Part shown: piece after piece, positions 24,527-39,470 of the stretch | Layout of the letters: every line of letters begins with the position of its first letter | Numbering within the stretch: position 1 is the first letter of the stretch | DNA from: Eledone cirrhosa | Taxonomy: Eukaryota | Length of the DNA: 64,000 bases | Direction of reading: 5' to 3' | NCBI GenBank assembly: GCA_964016885.1 | Contig: CAXHJY010001394.1 | Coordinates: 136,959 to 200,958 of the forward strand | Position numbers and translations under genes: made by a program | The notes under the pieces: model-generated | What the model was told of the DNA's origin: nothing | Database searches by the model: none | What the model saw: the letters and a program-made list of their open reading frames with translations, nothing else

Positions 24527-27500
24527 TATATATCATCATCATCATCTTCAACATTATCATTTAACGTTCATTGTTATCACACCTGCATGGGTTATACAGG
24601 TTGTCACGTTATGAGACATGTCAGGTGTGGAGACCAGGTCTCATATGGATGTGTATTTTGGTTTGGTTTCTAAGGCTGGATGCCCTTCTTAACACGAAAC
24701 ACGTTACAATGTGGACTGCACACTTTTGTATGACCACCTTACAGGATGAACTGGGTGTTTTTATTGTTGTAGCATCAACGAGGTGTGTGGGATATTTAGC
24801 AGGTGAGGGCAGGGCCTTATGAATAGGAAGGGGTGATGAGAAGATTGGTGAAGACTAGTGTGTTCTCTACATGTTTGTTTTATTTCATTTTCAGCACATG
24901 GGAGGGGGGGGGGGTCTTCTACATTACAGCATGACGCCAGAGATCTCGATCCTGTGACATTTCCATTGAGAGGTTTAATTGGGCAAGGCGAGCTTTTATT
25001 ATTTCATCCCAAGCTTTCCTAGGTCTTCCCCTTTCATAGTTAACATCGACTTTGACAACCCTGCACCTTGTTATACAGCTGTCACCTTCCATATACATCA
25101 CATGTCCAAACCACCACAATCTCCTCTCCTCTACACTGCATCTGACCTCTCTTATACCTAGTTTCTCTCTCAGTTTATTAATGCTTGTTGTTCATGCACA
25201 CTATTACACATCTATCAGATCCTGTAAACTTCATTTCTTTCCAGTCTTTATAGGTCCTCTGAATATATTGCCCTGGTCTCACTTCAATGTAACATTGCTG
25301 TTTGTACACAGACTTCATACAATCTGCCTTTCACTTTCAGGGGAAATCATTTTGTAGGCATCAGTAGTAGTAGCTCCCTAAACTGTTTCCATCCCATTCT
25401 CACTCAGGCTACTGTACCTTCAGAACACCCACCTCCACTGTTAATTTGGTTAATTAAGTTAACAGAAATTATGAACCGGTTTCTACAGAGCCTTCTGGAC
25501 ATTTAACCCTTTAGCATTTAAACCAGCCATACCTAGCCAGAATACTCTCACATCTTTCTGTTCAAACCAGCCATAACTGGCCACTCATACTGACGTTAAG
25601 GTATTGTTCTCAATATAAATAATATCAAAATCTCATAGATTCGATATTATATGAGATAATTATGTAAGATAAAGCCTTTACCACAAAAATACAATAGTAT
25701 ATATAGAGTAATAAAAATGCTAAAGGGTAAAAGTAGCTTATTATTTTGTGAGCTCTTGCTACTTATTGCTCTTGTGCATCAAGAACATACACAGCTTACA
25801 TTTTGTTGCTAATCTCACTGAGATCCAACTACATCTCTTGTTTATCCATAGTTTGGAATTTCTACCTACTCCTTTCCTTTAGAATGATCAAGGCCATTTT
25901 CTTGTGGGGATCTAGGCCCTGTTTTCCTTTCTATTTTGCCAAGTTATCTTACATCACTTTCATTCTAGACCATGCTTCCAGGTTTGGAATTTCTCCTCTA
26001 ATTTTACCACAGATTAAGTGACAAGGGTTCAATCATGTGCATACAGGAGTTCCCATGGACAGCCAGTAATATGTAATAGCCTGCAGGATGATAATAAACA
26101 GAAGAGGGTTAATTACAGAGCCCTGATAGAGGGTTAATAACAGAGCCCTGATAGACTTGTTCACTCAACTCCTCACTATAGCCATCATTACTTTTAACCT
26201 TACTGACTGCTCCTCCATACATGGCTTTTACTGCTCTCACAAGCCACTCATATACCCCTAGTTTTCTAAGTTATACACCAGATTATGGAAGGGGGAAGTC
26301 TCACAGAAGCTCTCTCTGGGTCAACAAATGCCAAGTAGAGGGGCTTATTTTAGCTAGGTACTACTCTTGCAGTTGCCACACAAGGAAGAGGACATCAGTG
26401 GTACTTTTACCTGGCACAAATCCAAACTTCATCTCATCTAGGTTAACTTGGTCCCTAATCAGCTGTGTTATAAATCTAACACCTTCATGAAGTGGTCCAT
26501 CTAATATTTCTATAGTTTTCTAGCTCTAGTACATCTCCTTTGCCCTTGTAGCAGTTGATGATGATGATACTACACCATTTATTTGGTATGACACCATTTT
26601 GTATTACATGCTGTACGATACCAGTGGTTAAGATGTGACCCACCACCCCAGATACTTTCAGTATCTCAGCAACTATCACCAATGGACAAGATACTTTCTC
26701 TGTCTTCATATCCTTAATTACCTTACTACACTACTGCTTACTTGTATGGCTGGACCCTCTGTTGGGCCCACTTTCCGTAGACTATCTTCCTCCCATGCAT
26801 TCTCCTCATTCAGTAATCTTTCATAAAGGCATTTCCATGTTACAAAGGTTGGCTGAAAAGTTCATAGACTATCAATGATAGCATGATGCTAGAGCTGTGA
26901 AATCTTGCCTGCATTAATTTCAACTCTTCTTATTAATAACTGCATTGTTTCCTTCCAGGGACTATGTTGAAAAATAAACCTCATTTGGTCATTCCATGAG
27001 TGTATCTTGGTCTGCCTATGAACTTTTCAGCTGACCCTATTCAGCATCAGTGAGCCCAAATGCCCCATTATCATCCTGGACACACTTTACCCCAACATCA
27101 CAATTTGCCCTCACACACTGCCTCACAATCCTGAACATCTCATGTATTTCATCCTCACATCATAAAACCAACTGAAATTATATATTCTCTGCTTCCCTCC
27201 TTGCAAAGAATACTTCTTGCCTAGCTTCCTGTAGTGTACCCTCCAGCTGCCTCCATTCTGCCATTATTCCATGCCTGTCTCTTGGCCTTAACTGTCTCAT
27301 CTACCCTAGTGTTTCACCACCAAGATACTCTCCTCTCTGAAGCCCTGCTCCAGCCACAGATCTAGTTTGACACCTTCAGCAAAGGTTCTTTAAGGAACTC
27401 CCACTGTTCCCCTATATTGTATGTTTCTATTTGTTCTTCCTTACTGTTGTAAAGATCAAACAAAATATCTCTAAATTTGGAACTGGCTGAGGGGTCCTTT

Positions 27501-27732
27501 AACTTCCATATCCTTCTCCTCCAAGTTGCCCTCAGTCTTCAAGTTCATCTAAGTCTATGAAATCACTAACTACTGGGTTATGTTGGGAGGTGCATTCTTC
27601 CCCAGGGGGTGGGGATTGTGTGTTTACAAATGTCAATATCTCATCTTCTGGTGAGGATAAAAATCTGACTGGCATGCTCCTCTGACCAATAGGTGTTGAA
27701 GTGGTTGTCGGGTAAACGTTAAGACCCTCTGA
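24527..27732 (-). pseudogene. Long decayed RTE LINE (copy)
   Basis: Copy of 11530-14735 at +12997. Confidence 0.88.
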
Positions 27733-28057
27733 TATACATATATATATATATACTAGCAGTGGTACCCGGCGTTGCACGGGATAACGTATTTCGGAACGCG
27801 GGCCGCCATCTTCCACTTCAGCCGGTCGCCCTAAAGTGTTGGCTATTCAGTCTACTTGAGGCCAGTTGGTGAGGGGGGGTAAAGCTTTCAGTGTGCTACT
27901 ACCCTCACGGTCAAATAGAAAGGGAGAGGAAGAAAAGTCAGCGTTAATATCGTGCTACACGTTTGAAAGGTTGGATGACCTTAGAGTTCACCAGGGTGGG
28001 GGGTTCTAAAAGTATCTATCTTGGTATTTTATCTTAGAAGTAATCATTACAGAGTGT

Positions 28058-28866
28058 ACTGGGTGTATTTTAGTGGGCAGTAATTCCATAAAGAACACAG
28101 TATAATCTGTGGACACAAGCCTTGCAGTGTGATTACAGGCAGGTTAATGGGAAAGATAGATTATATATGTGACATGATGTACATGAGAAGTGAGGACACA
28201 GACCACACATGAAATAGATTCCTACAACTGTCAGGGAGGCTCCCTAGAATTACAGATGACATATTTCAATATCTCGGTGATCAAGTTAGCAGTGGAGGAA
28301 GAATCTCTAAAAGTGTAATACCCAGGATAAGGACAGGCTGGAAGAAGTTTAGAGTACTGTTCCATCTGTTGACAACAAAGGGCTTCTCTCTCAGAATGGA
28401 GGCTAGACTGCTTGATACTTATGTGTGGTCTGCAATCTACACCCCAGCCATGCCCCTTCCACTACCACTCCTTAGCTATTTCTCTCCATTAATACTCCTC
28501 ACATTTCAAGCAGTTTTCTCATCTCAATGAAAGAAAAATATTGGGCTCAAGAGAAGTCTTCAGTTATGCCATGGTGTGGCAACCTCCCTAGGGTTGGGCA
28601 GAGTGTAAATGAGAGTGAAATTAGGTATGAGAGGGATCATATGCAGTATACAAGAGAGTAGATTACATTGGTATGGTCATGTGATGGGTATAAAGGATGA
28701 CAGCTGTATAAAAATGTGCTGGGCAATCAAAGTTGATGGAAGTTATGAAGGCGGAAGACCCAGGATGACCTGGGATGAGGTGATAAAAGATGACTTTGCA
28801 CAATTGCAACTCTCAAAGACAATGACACAGGATAGAGATCTTGAGATGTATGCAGCAATACAGAAG
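28058..28866 (+). pseudogene. Decayed RTE LINE C-terminus (copy)
   Basis: Copy of 480-1288 at +27578. Confidence 0.85.
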
Positions 28867-31800
28867 GCCCTGTGCGTCGATCGTGGGCCGGCCGGATGTT
28901 GACGGATCGATGTGTAATTAGAAGTACATGTGCGGACACTCATTGGCTGTGCGTGGTATGCATTTCAGCAAGATATCTCCGTAACATCAAGAGTTATGGC
29001 TGTGGAGGCACACCTAGTCAAACGTAAACAAGCTCTGGAGCGTATACGCTTCGCGATTTTGTTTACGTTTGACTAGGTGTGCCTCCACAGCCACAACTCT
29101 TGATGTTACGGAGATATCTTGCTGAAATGCATACCACGCACAGCCAATGAGTGTCCGCACATGTACTTCTAATTACACATCGATCCGTCAACATCCGGCC
29201 GGCCCACGATCGACGCACAGGGCCGGATGGCCCGTTTTCAGTGAATTTTCACCGGAATCGATCTGTAATTACTGGTACATGTGCGGACACACATTTGCTG
29301 TGTGTGGTGTGATTTTCACGAAAAACTGCCCATGCTAAATGAGGAAGCTGAAGTCCGCCGGCGAATGGTGTGCTTCGAAGAAAACTAATTCGAAAATGAC
29401 CGTTTGCAGGCGGAGTAACCTTTTCGATCGTGGGCCAGCCGCCCGTGGTGGGATACATCTGTAATTACTGGTACATGTGCGGACACACATTTGCTGTGTG
29501 TGGTGTGATTTTCGAGAAAGACTGCCCATGCTAAATGAGGAAGCTGAAGTCCGCCGGCGAATGGTGTGCTTCGAAGAAAACTAATTCGAAAATGACTATT
29601 TGCCGGCGGAATCACCTTTTCGGTCCTGGTCCGGCCGGATCTTGCCGGATCGATCGGAAATTTGTGGACCATGTTCGGAAGGCCATTGTGCATGTGTGGT
29701 GAAAAAAATTTGTGTCGAAATCTTCTCGGAAAATAACGGATCGCCGGCGGAGATTGCCATTTCGATCGTGGGCCGGCCGGATCTTGTCGGATCGATTCGG
29801 ACATATGTGCATCGTGTTCGCAAGGCCCTTGTCTATGTGTGGTGTGATTTTCATAAAGAAATTCCGAAAAACCCAGTTTTAAATCTGATTTCGCCAAAGA
29901 ATTTTGGCTATCAGATCGGGTTGAAAGGTATGGTTTCAGGTCGATCTGAAAGTCTAAAATGGAATTCACTCGGTTAGCTAACTTTTGATATATCGGAGAT
30001 ATCTTTCTGAAAATCACACCACACACTCCCAATGAGTGTCTGCACATGTACCAGTAATTACAGATGGATCCCACCACGGGCAGCCGGCCCACGATCGAAA
30101 AGGTTACTCCGAAGCACACCATTCGCCGGCGGAATTCATTTAGCATGGGCAGTTTTTCTCGAAAATCACACCACACACAGCCAATGAGTGTCCGCACATG
30201 TACCAGTAATTACAGATGGATCCCACCACGGGCGGCTGGCCCACGATCGAAAAGGTTACTCCGCCTGCAAACGGTCATTTTCGAATTAGTTTTCTTCGAA
30301 GCACACCATTCGCCGGCGGACTTCAGCTTCCTCATTTAGCATGGGCAGTTTTTCTCGAAAATCACACCACACACAGCAAATGTGTGTCCGCACATGTACC
30401 AGTAATTACAGATCGATTCCGGTGAAAATTCACTGAAAACGGGCCATTCTGCCCTGTGCGTCGATCGTGGGCCGGCCGGATGTTGACGGATCGATGTGTA
30501 ATTAGAAGTACATGTGCGGACACTCATTGGCTGTGCGTGGTATGCATTTCAGCAAGATATCTCCGTAACATCAAGAGTTATGGCTGTGGAGGCACACCTA
30601 GTCAAACGTAAACAAGCTCTGGAGCGTATACGCTTCGCGATTTTGTTTACGTTTGACTAGGTGTGCCTCCACAGCCACAACTCTTGATGTTACGGAGATA
30701 TCTTGCTGAAATGCATACCACGCACAGCCAATGAGTGTCCGCACATGTACTTCTAATTACACATCGATCCGTCAACATCCGGCCGGCCCACGATCGACGC
30801 ACAGGGCCGGATGGCCCGTTTTCAGTGAATTTTCACCGGAATCGATCTGTAATTACTGGTACATGTGCGGACACACATTTGCTGTGTGTGGTGTGATTTT
30901 CACGAAAAACTGCCCATGCTAAATGAGGAAGCTGAAGTCCGCCGGCGAATGGTGTGCTTCGAAGAAAACTAATTCGAAAATGACCGTTTGCAGGCGGAGT
31001 AACCTTTTCGATCGTGGGCCAGCCGCCCGTGGTGGGATACATCTGTAATTACTGGTACATGTGCGGACACACATTTGCTGTGTGTGGTGTGATTTTCGAG
31101 AAAGACTGCCCATGCTAAATGAGGAAGCTGAAGTCCGCCGGCGAATGGTGTGCTTCGAAGAAAACTAATTCGAAAATGACTATTTGCCGGCGGAATCACC
31201 TTTTCGGTCCTGGTCCGGCCGGATCTTGCCGGATCGATCGGAAATTTGTGGACCATGTTCGGAAGGCCATTGTGCATGTGTGGTGAAAAAAATTTGTGTC
31301 GAAATCTTCTCGGAAAATAACGGATCGCCGGCGGAGATTGCCATTTCGATCGTGGGCCGGCCGGATCTTGTCGGATCGATTCGGACATATGTGCATCGTG
31401 TTCGCAAGGCCCTTGTCTATGTGTGGTGTGATTTTCATAAAGAAATTCCGAAAAACCCAGTTTTAAATCTGATTTCGCCAAAGAATTTTGGCTATCAGAT
31501 CGGGTTGAAAGGTATGGTTTCAGGTCGATCTGAAAGTCTAAAATGGAATTCACTCGGTTAGCTAACTATTGATATATCGGAGATATCTTTCTGAAAATCA
31601 CACCACACACTCCCAATGAGTGTCTGCACATGTCCCAGTAATTACAGATGGATCCCACCACGGGCGGCCGGCCCACGATCGAAAAGGTTACTCCGAAGCA
31701 CACCATTCGCCGGCGGAATTCATTTAGCATGGGCAGTTTTTCTCGAAAATCACACCACACACAGCCAATCAGTGTCCGCACATGTACCAGTAATTACAGA

Positions 31801-31969
31801 TGGATCCCACTACGGGCGGCTGGCCCACGATCGAAAAGGTTACTCCGCCTGCAAACGGTCATTTTCGAATTCGTTTTCTTCGAAGCACACCATTCGCCGG
31901 CGGACTTCAGCTGCCTCATTTAGCATGGGCAGCTTTTCTCGAAAATCACACCACACACAGCCAATGAGT
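28867..31969. repeat. Palindromic satellite array 3: 2 x 1584-bp subunits
   Basis: Same subunit and boundaries; centres 29045, 30629. Confidence 0.97.
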
Positions 31970-32044
31970 TTAAAATACTCACCGTTTGATTTGGAAAAAC
32001 TTAAAATGCTCACATATATATGTGTATGTATTTATCTATGCATG

Positions 32045-32090
<46 letters not shown>

Positions 32091-34029
32091 TGTATTTATC
32101 TATGTATTTATCTATATGCATGGATATATATATATATATATATATTTATCTATGTATTTATCTATATGCATGGATATATATATATATATATATATATATG
32201 TATTTATCTATGCATGTATGAATATATAAAATATATATATATATATATGTGTGTATGTATTTATCTATGCATGTATGAATATATAAAATATATATATATA
32301 TATATATGTATGTATTTATCTATGCATGTATATATATATAAATATATACATAAATATATATATATATATATGTATTTATCTATGCATGTGTGCATACATA
32401 TATATATATATATATGTATTTATCTATACATGTATGTATATATATATATATACATATATAAGTATTTATCTATACATGTATGTATATATATATATACATA
32501 TATATGTATTTATCTATACATGTATGTATATATATATATATATATATATGTATATAAGTATTTATCTATACATGTATGTATATATAAAATATTGTCATGT
32601 TTACAAAAATATTTTTCTAATATCGTGTTTAATATTTTATATTGTCGTCTGCTTCTCTTCTCACGTGGTTACTAACTCTCTCACCCTCTCTCTCTTTCCC
32701 CTCTCATACAACCCCTTCTTTCTCTTTCTTTCCCCTCTCACACAACCTCTTCTTTCTCTCTCTTTTTGCCAGTCCCTTCTCTCACTCTCTCTCCCTCTTC
32801 CTTTTTTATCTCTTTCTTTCTGTCTCTGTTTCCCTCCTATAGACATTCTCTCTCTCTCTTTCTGCTCTCACTCAGCCTTCTCTCTCTTTCCCCTCTCACA
32901 CAGTCTTCTCTCTCTCTCTTTCCCCTCTCACACAGCATTCTCTCTCTCTCTCTCTCTCTTTCCCCTCTCACACAGCATTCTCTCTCTCTCTCTCTCTTTA
33001 TTTCCCCTCTCACACAGCCTTCTCTCTCTATCTATCTATCTCTCTCTCTGGAGATTTTTTAACACAAAGTCACACAAGGATTAGAAAAATGGCGATAATC
33101 ACTTTGAAAGTAACAATTATGCAATAAATAGTTGTTATTGCCACGTCTCGTATCCTCCTTTGGCAATGTGTAAAATGTTAGCGAGATCGAGTGAACAATA
33201 CACAAGTTATAATACTTTACAGACGGGACTTATACAGTAGATGTAGCAAAATGCGTAGATTACGATTCTTGAGACGAGATTAAAATATACGATTATGGGA
33301 TACTTTAAGAAGACGAGTAGATGTTTGAGTAGATTTAGCTGCTTTTTCTAGCATTTTTAGTTATACTTTGAAGCAAATTTTTTTTGTTACTATTATATTA
33401 AAAGTTATCTGGTTACGTTATTTGACTGGTATTTCTAGCATTTTACAAGGACCACGTGTGTGTTTTATTTGAGGAAGATCTAGTTGTTATTTCTGATATT
33501 TTCTTCATCAAGTTAGTTGCTATTTCCTGCATCCTCTTGAAGACAAGGAATAATAATGAATTAGCTGCTGTTTCTAGTAGGTTCTATGGTAGTGGTGAGC
33601 GTGGGAGGGAGGTTTGACTGCTATTTTTAGCAGGTTCTAAGGCATTGAGGTTTATGTTTTACGAGAGATTTGGCTGTTATTTCTAACATGTTATAATGGA
33701 GAGAGAGAGAGAGAGTATAAGATATACAGAGAGAGGGAGTATAAGATATAGAGAGAGGGGAAACGGCCGATGTTTACGTTGAGAAAACCTAATAAAATGT
33801 TATAAATGGGTTTATAAAGAATAGAATGAGATAAACAAGACAAAGTTAGATAAAATAAATCAGCTGTAAGGATATTATACGATATATTTATAATATTTTA
33901 ATATATTTTTCCTGGTCGTCTGCTGCCATTGATAGAGAGAGGAGTGGTGGGAGGTAGCCATAACAACCGTGGTAGCAGCACTGAGGTTTGTTTTTAAAGA
34001 AGTGAATACAAGAAAAACAAGCAACTAAG

Positions 34030-34870
34030 AATATTAATCTCTTAAACCCTTCAAGATGTGTATGACAAGAAAGAAGACGTTTTAGAGTCGTATGACATAG
34101 ATGATAACTGGAAATTCTTACGTGACAACTTACTGCAGGCTACTGAAGAAACTTGTGGCTGGAGCAGAGCTCCGACCAGACAGAGAGTGACCTGGTGGTG
34201 GGACAACACGGTAGATAAGGCCATTAGAGACAAAAGACTAGCATGGAACACTTGAAAAAATGGTGGGAGTAGAGACCGATACACAGCTGCTAAGAGAGAA
34301 GCTAGACGTCAGATGTACTTAGCACGCACGGAGGCTGAGAGTAGGAGGTTTGCCAATGTTCTGTGATGGGAAGATCAGAGGCGTGCGGTGTTCCACATTG
34401 CAAGGCATGGTGTCAGTGTAAATCAGGATGTTGTTGGAGATAAGTGTATCCGGAATGATGCCAGTGTACTTGGTGTCACGAATGATCAAAAAAAGGAGGC
34501 CTGGAAATATCATTATGAGAGGCTGATGAATTGTGGAGAATGAATGGGAGAGAGGGAAACTATCCCCAGTAGACCCAACAGAGGGACCAGCTATTGAGAT
34601 TGGGGAATATAGGGTACAAGAGGCAATTAAGGAAATGAAGAATGGCAAGGCTACTGGACTCTAGGGGATAGTTGCTCAGATGCTGAAGGCATCAGAAGTA
34701 GGCACTAAACTGGTTACACACATCATCAATCAAGCTATATATGGTAGTGTCATACCCAAAGAATGGTGCAGCAGTATTCTCATAAATTGGTACAAAGGTA
34801 AAGGGGATGCTCTGGAGAGGAGCAATTATATGGGCACTTCAATATTTAATGATACAGGTGATAAAACAAC
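34030..34870 (+). pseudogene. Decayed RTE LINE mid fragment (copy)
   Basis: Copy at +24410. Confidence 0.88.
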
Positions 34871-35939
34871 AACTATAAGGTAAATAAGTCACCTTATGTT
34901 ATTTACAAACATTAACGTCCACCTTAATATGAAATAATCACCATAAAAGAGGAAGCGAGGGCATCGGCTACCGGCACCCGGGCTGCTCTCTCATCCTGAG
35001 TGGGATCTTCCAGCGTTGATGCATCACCACGTTGATGTAAAACTTGGTTTTTCACTTTGGGATAATACACGTATTTGCAACTTATTTATGTTTATTTACG
35101 TTGAGCGTAATCGATTTGTTTCCATATCTCCACGCGTTTTATTTCATAGTCATAGTTATAAAATTAGAAAACTTTCTTTAAAAAAAACAAATTAACGCGG
35201 GTAACTACAAGATAACCTTGTTTTGTAATACTGGCAGACATTGAAGATTCTTTATGGATGGTTGATACTCAGCTGCCAGGAACACAGGATGTGGCAGAGG
35301 GTATAAGATTTGCCTGCTATTTCTAGCAACTTCAATGACCACATAATTGGTTTGTAATTTTGTTTTAAAGTGTAAGGGTTTACACAGCCATTTATGAATT
35401 TCTAAGAGATACGTTTACGATGAGATACACTTATTAAAAATACTTTCATTGCATAGTTCCGTTTGTAAAGGCTTTAATTTACTGTACTACTCGGGAACCT
35501 TTTAATAACACACAGGATTAAGTCCATGTTTGTTCAACCAATTAATGGTATCTGCTGTAGTAGGGGTAACGATGGAAATATGGCGATGATTAACTCCACC
35601 CTGGGGTATAATGTAGAATTCATATTTTTCAACTTGCCCATACGTGTATTATCCCAAAGTGAAAAACCAAGTTTTACATCAACGTGGTGATTTCAAAGTT
35701 TATTTATTTACACATGGTGGTGGGGGGGGATACGGAAATAAACGAAGGTTGACGAATGACGTCACATTCTTCTACTTTCACTTCTGACAGCCAATTCCGT
35801 TGTAGTGCCATATATAAACATGATGGTCACGGCTGGAACAACTTTAATTATAGGTCTGCTCAATCATACTAACATGGGATTTAAATTGAGCAAAGTTGGA
35901 GTTGTCTCCCTTGGTACTTTACTACGCTACGTTTGTTTA

Positions 35940-38900
35940 TATATATCATCATCATCATCTTCAACATTATCATTTAACGTTCATTGTTATCACACCTGCA
36001 TGGGTTATACAGGTTGTCACGTTATGAGACATGTCAGGTGTGGAGACCAGGTCTCATATGGATGTGTATTTTGGTTTGGTTTCTAAGGCTGGATGCCCTT
36101 CTTAACACGAAACACGTTACAATGTGGACTGCACACTTTTGTATGACCACCTTACAGGATGAACTGGGTGTTTTTATTGTTGTAGCATCAACGAGGTGTG
36201 TGGGATATTTAGCAGGTGAGGGCAGGGCCTTATGAATAGGAAGGGGTGATGAGAAGATTGGTGAAGACTAGTGTGTTCTCTACATGTTTGTTTTATTTCA
36301 TTTTCAGCACATGGGAGGGGGGGGGGGTCTTCTACATTACAGCATGACGCCAGAGATCTCGATCCTGTGACATTTCCATTGAGAGGTTTAATTGGGCAAG
36401 GCGAGCTTTTATTATTTCATCCCAAGCTTTCCTAGGTCTTCCCCTTTCATAGTTAACATCGACTTTGACAACCCTGCACCTTGTTATACAGCTGTCACCT
36501 TCCATATACATCACATGTCCAAACCACCACAATCTCCTCTCCTCTACACTGCATCTGACCTCTCTTATACCTAGTTTCTCTCTCAGTTTATTAATGCTTG
36601 TTGTTCATGCACACTATTACACATCTATCAGATCCTGTAAACTTCATTTCTTTCCAGTCTTTATAGGTCCTCTGAATATATTGCCCTGGTCTCACTTCAA
36701 TGTAACATTGCTGTTTGTACACAGACTTCATACAATCTGCCTTTCACTTTCAGGGGAAATCATTTTGTAGGCATCAGTAGTAGTAGCTCCCTAAACTGTT
36801 TCCATCCCATTCTCACTCAGGCTACTGTACCTTCAGAACACCCACCTCCACTGTTAATTTGGTTAATTAAGTTAACAGAAATTATGAACCGGTTTCTACA
36901 GAGCCTTCTGGACATTTAACCCTTTAGCATTTAAACCAGCCATACCTAGCCAGAATACTCTCACATCTTTCTGTTCAAACCAGCCATAACTGGCCACTCA
37001 TACTGACGTTAAGGTATTGTTCTCAATATAAATAATATCAAAATCTCATAGATTCGATATTATATGAGATAATTATGTAAGATAAAGCCTTTACCACAAA
37101 AATACAATAGTATATATAGAGTAATAAAAATGCTAAAGGGTAAAAGTAGCTTATTATTTTGTGAGCTCTTGCTACTTATTGCTCTTGTGCATCAAGAACA
37201 TACACAGCTTACATTTTGTTGCTAATCTCACTGAGATCCAACTACATCTCTTGTTTATCCATAGTTTGGAATTTCTACCTACTCCTTTCCTTTAGAATGA
37301 TCAAGGCCATTTTCTTGTGGGGATCTAGGCCCTGTTTTCCTTTCTATTTTGCCAAGTTATCTTACATCACTTTCATTCTAGACCATGCTTCCAGGTTTGG
37401 AATTTCTCCTCTAATTTTACCACAGATTAAGTGACAAGGGTTCAATCATGTGCATACAGGAGTTCCCATGGACAGCCAGTAATATGTAATAGCCTGCAGG
37501 ATGATAATAAACAGAAGAGGGTTAATTACAGAGCCCTGATAGAGGGTTAATAACAGAGCCCTGATAGACTTGTTCACTCAACTCCTCACTATAGCCATCA
37601 TTACTTTTAACCTTACTGACTGCTCCTCCATACATGGCTTTTACTGCTCTCACAAGCCACTCATATACCCCTAGTTTTCTAAGTTATACACCAGATTATG
37701 GAAGGGGGAAGTCTCACAGAAGCTCTCTCTGGGTCAACAAATGCCAAGTAGAGGGGCTTATTTTAGCTAGGTACTACTCTTGCAGTTGCCACACAAGGAA
37801 GAGGACATCAGTGGTACTTTTACCTGGCACAAATCCAAACTTCATCTCATCTAGGTTAACTTGGTCCCTAATCAGCTGTGTTATAAATCTAACACCTTCA
37901 TGAAGTGGTCCATCTAATATTTCTATAGTTTTCTAGCTCTAGTACATCTCCTTTGCCCTTGTAGCAGTTGATGATGATGATACTACACCATTTATTTGGT
38001 ATGACACCATTTTGTATTACATGCTGTACGATACCAGTGGTTAAGATGTGACCCACCACCCCAGATACTTTCAGTATCTCAGCAACTATCACCAATGGAC
38101 AAGATACTTTCTCTGTCTTCATATCCTTAATTACCTTACTACACTACTGCTTACTTGTATGGCTGGACCCTCTGTTGGGCCCACTTTCCGTAGACTATCT
38201 TCCTCCCATGCATTCTCCTCATTCAGTAATCTTTCATAAAGGCATTTCCATGTTACAAAGGTTGGCTGAAAAGTTCATAGACTATCAATGATAGCATGAT
38301 GCTAGAGCTGTGAAATCTTGCCTGCATTAATTTCAACTCTTCTTATTAATAACTGCATTGTTTCCTTCCAGGGACTATGTTGAAAAATAAACCTCATTTG
38401 GTCATTCCATGAGTGTATCTTGGTCTGCCTATGAACTTTTCAGCTGACCCTATTCAGCATCAGTGAGCCCAAATGCCCCATTATCATCCTGGACACACTT
38501 TACCCCAACATCACAATTTGCCCTCACACACTGCCTCACAATCCTGAACATCTCATGTATTTCATCCTCACATCATAAAACCAACTGAAATTATATATTC
38601 TCTGCTTCCCTCCTTGCAAAGAATACTTCTTGCCTAGCTTCCTGTAGTGTACCCTCCAGCTGCCTCCATTCTGCCATTATTCCATGCCTGTCTCTTGGCC
38701 TTAACTGTCTCATCTACCCTAGTGTTTCACCACCAAGATACTCTCCTCTCTGAAGCCCTGCTCCAGCCACAGATCTAGTTTGACACCTTCAGCAAAGGTT
38801 CTTTAAGGAACTCCCACTGTTCCCCTATATTGTATGTTTCTATTTGTTCTTCCTTACTGTTGTAAAGATCAAACAAAATATCTCTAAATTTGGAACTGGC

Positions 38901-39145
38901 TGAGGGGTCCTTTAACTTCCATATCCTTCTCCTCCAAGTTGCCCTCAGTCTTCAAGTTCATCTAAGTCTATGAAATCACTAACTACTGGGTTATGTTGGG
39001 AGGTGCATTCTTCCCCAGGGGGTGGGGATTGTGTGTTTACAAATGTCAATATCTCATCTTCTGGTGAGGATAAAAATCTGACTGGCATGCTCCTCTGACC
39101 AATAGGTGTTGAAGTGGTTGTCGGGTAAACGTTAAGACCCTCTGA
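35940..39145 (-). pseudogene. Long decayed RTE LINE (copy)
   Basis: Copy at +24410. Confidence 0.88.
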
Positions 39146-39470
39146 TATACATATATATATATATACTAGCAGTGGTACCCGGCGTTGCACGGGATAACGT
39201 ATTTCGGAACGCGGGCCGCCATCTTCCACTTCAGCCGGTCGCCCTAAAGTGTTGGCTATTCAGTCTACTTGAGGCCAGTTGGTGAGGGGGGGTAAAGCTT
39301 TCAGTGTGCTACTACCCTCACGGTCAAATAGAAAGGGAGAGGAAGAAAAGTCAGCGTTAATATCGTGCTACACGTTTGAAAGGTTGGATGACCTTAGAGT
39401 TCACCAGGGTGGGGGGTTCTAAAAGTATCTATCTTGGTATTTTATCTTAGAAGTAATCATTACAGAGTGT

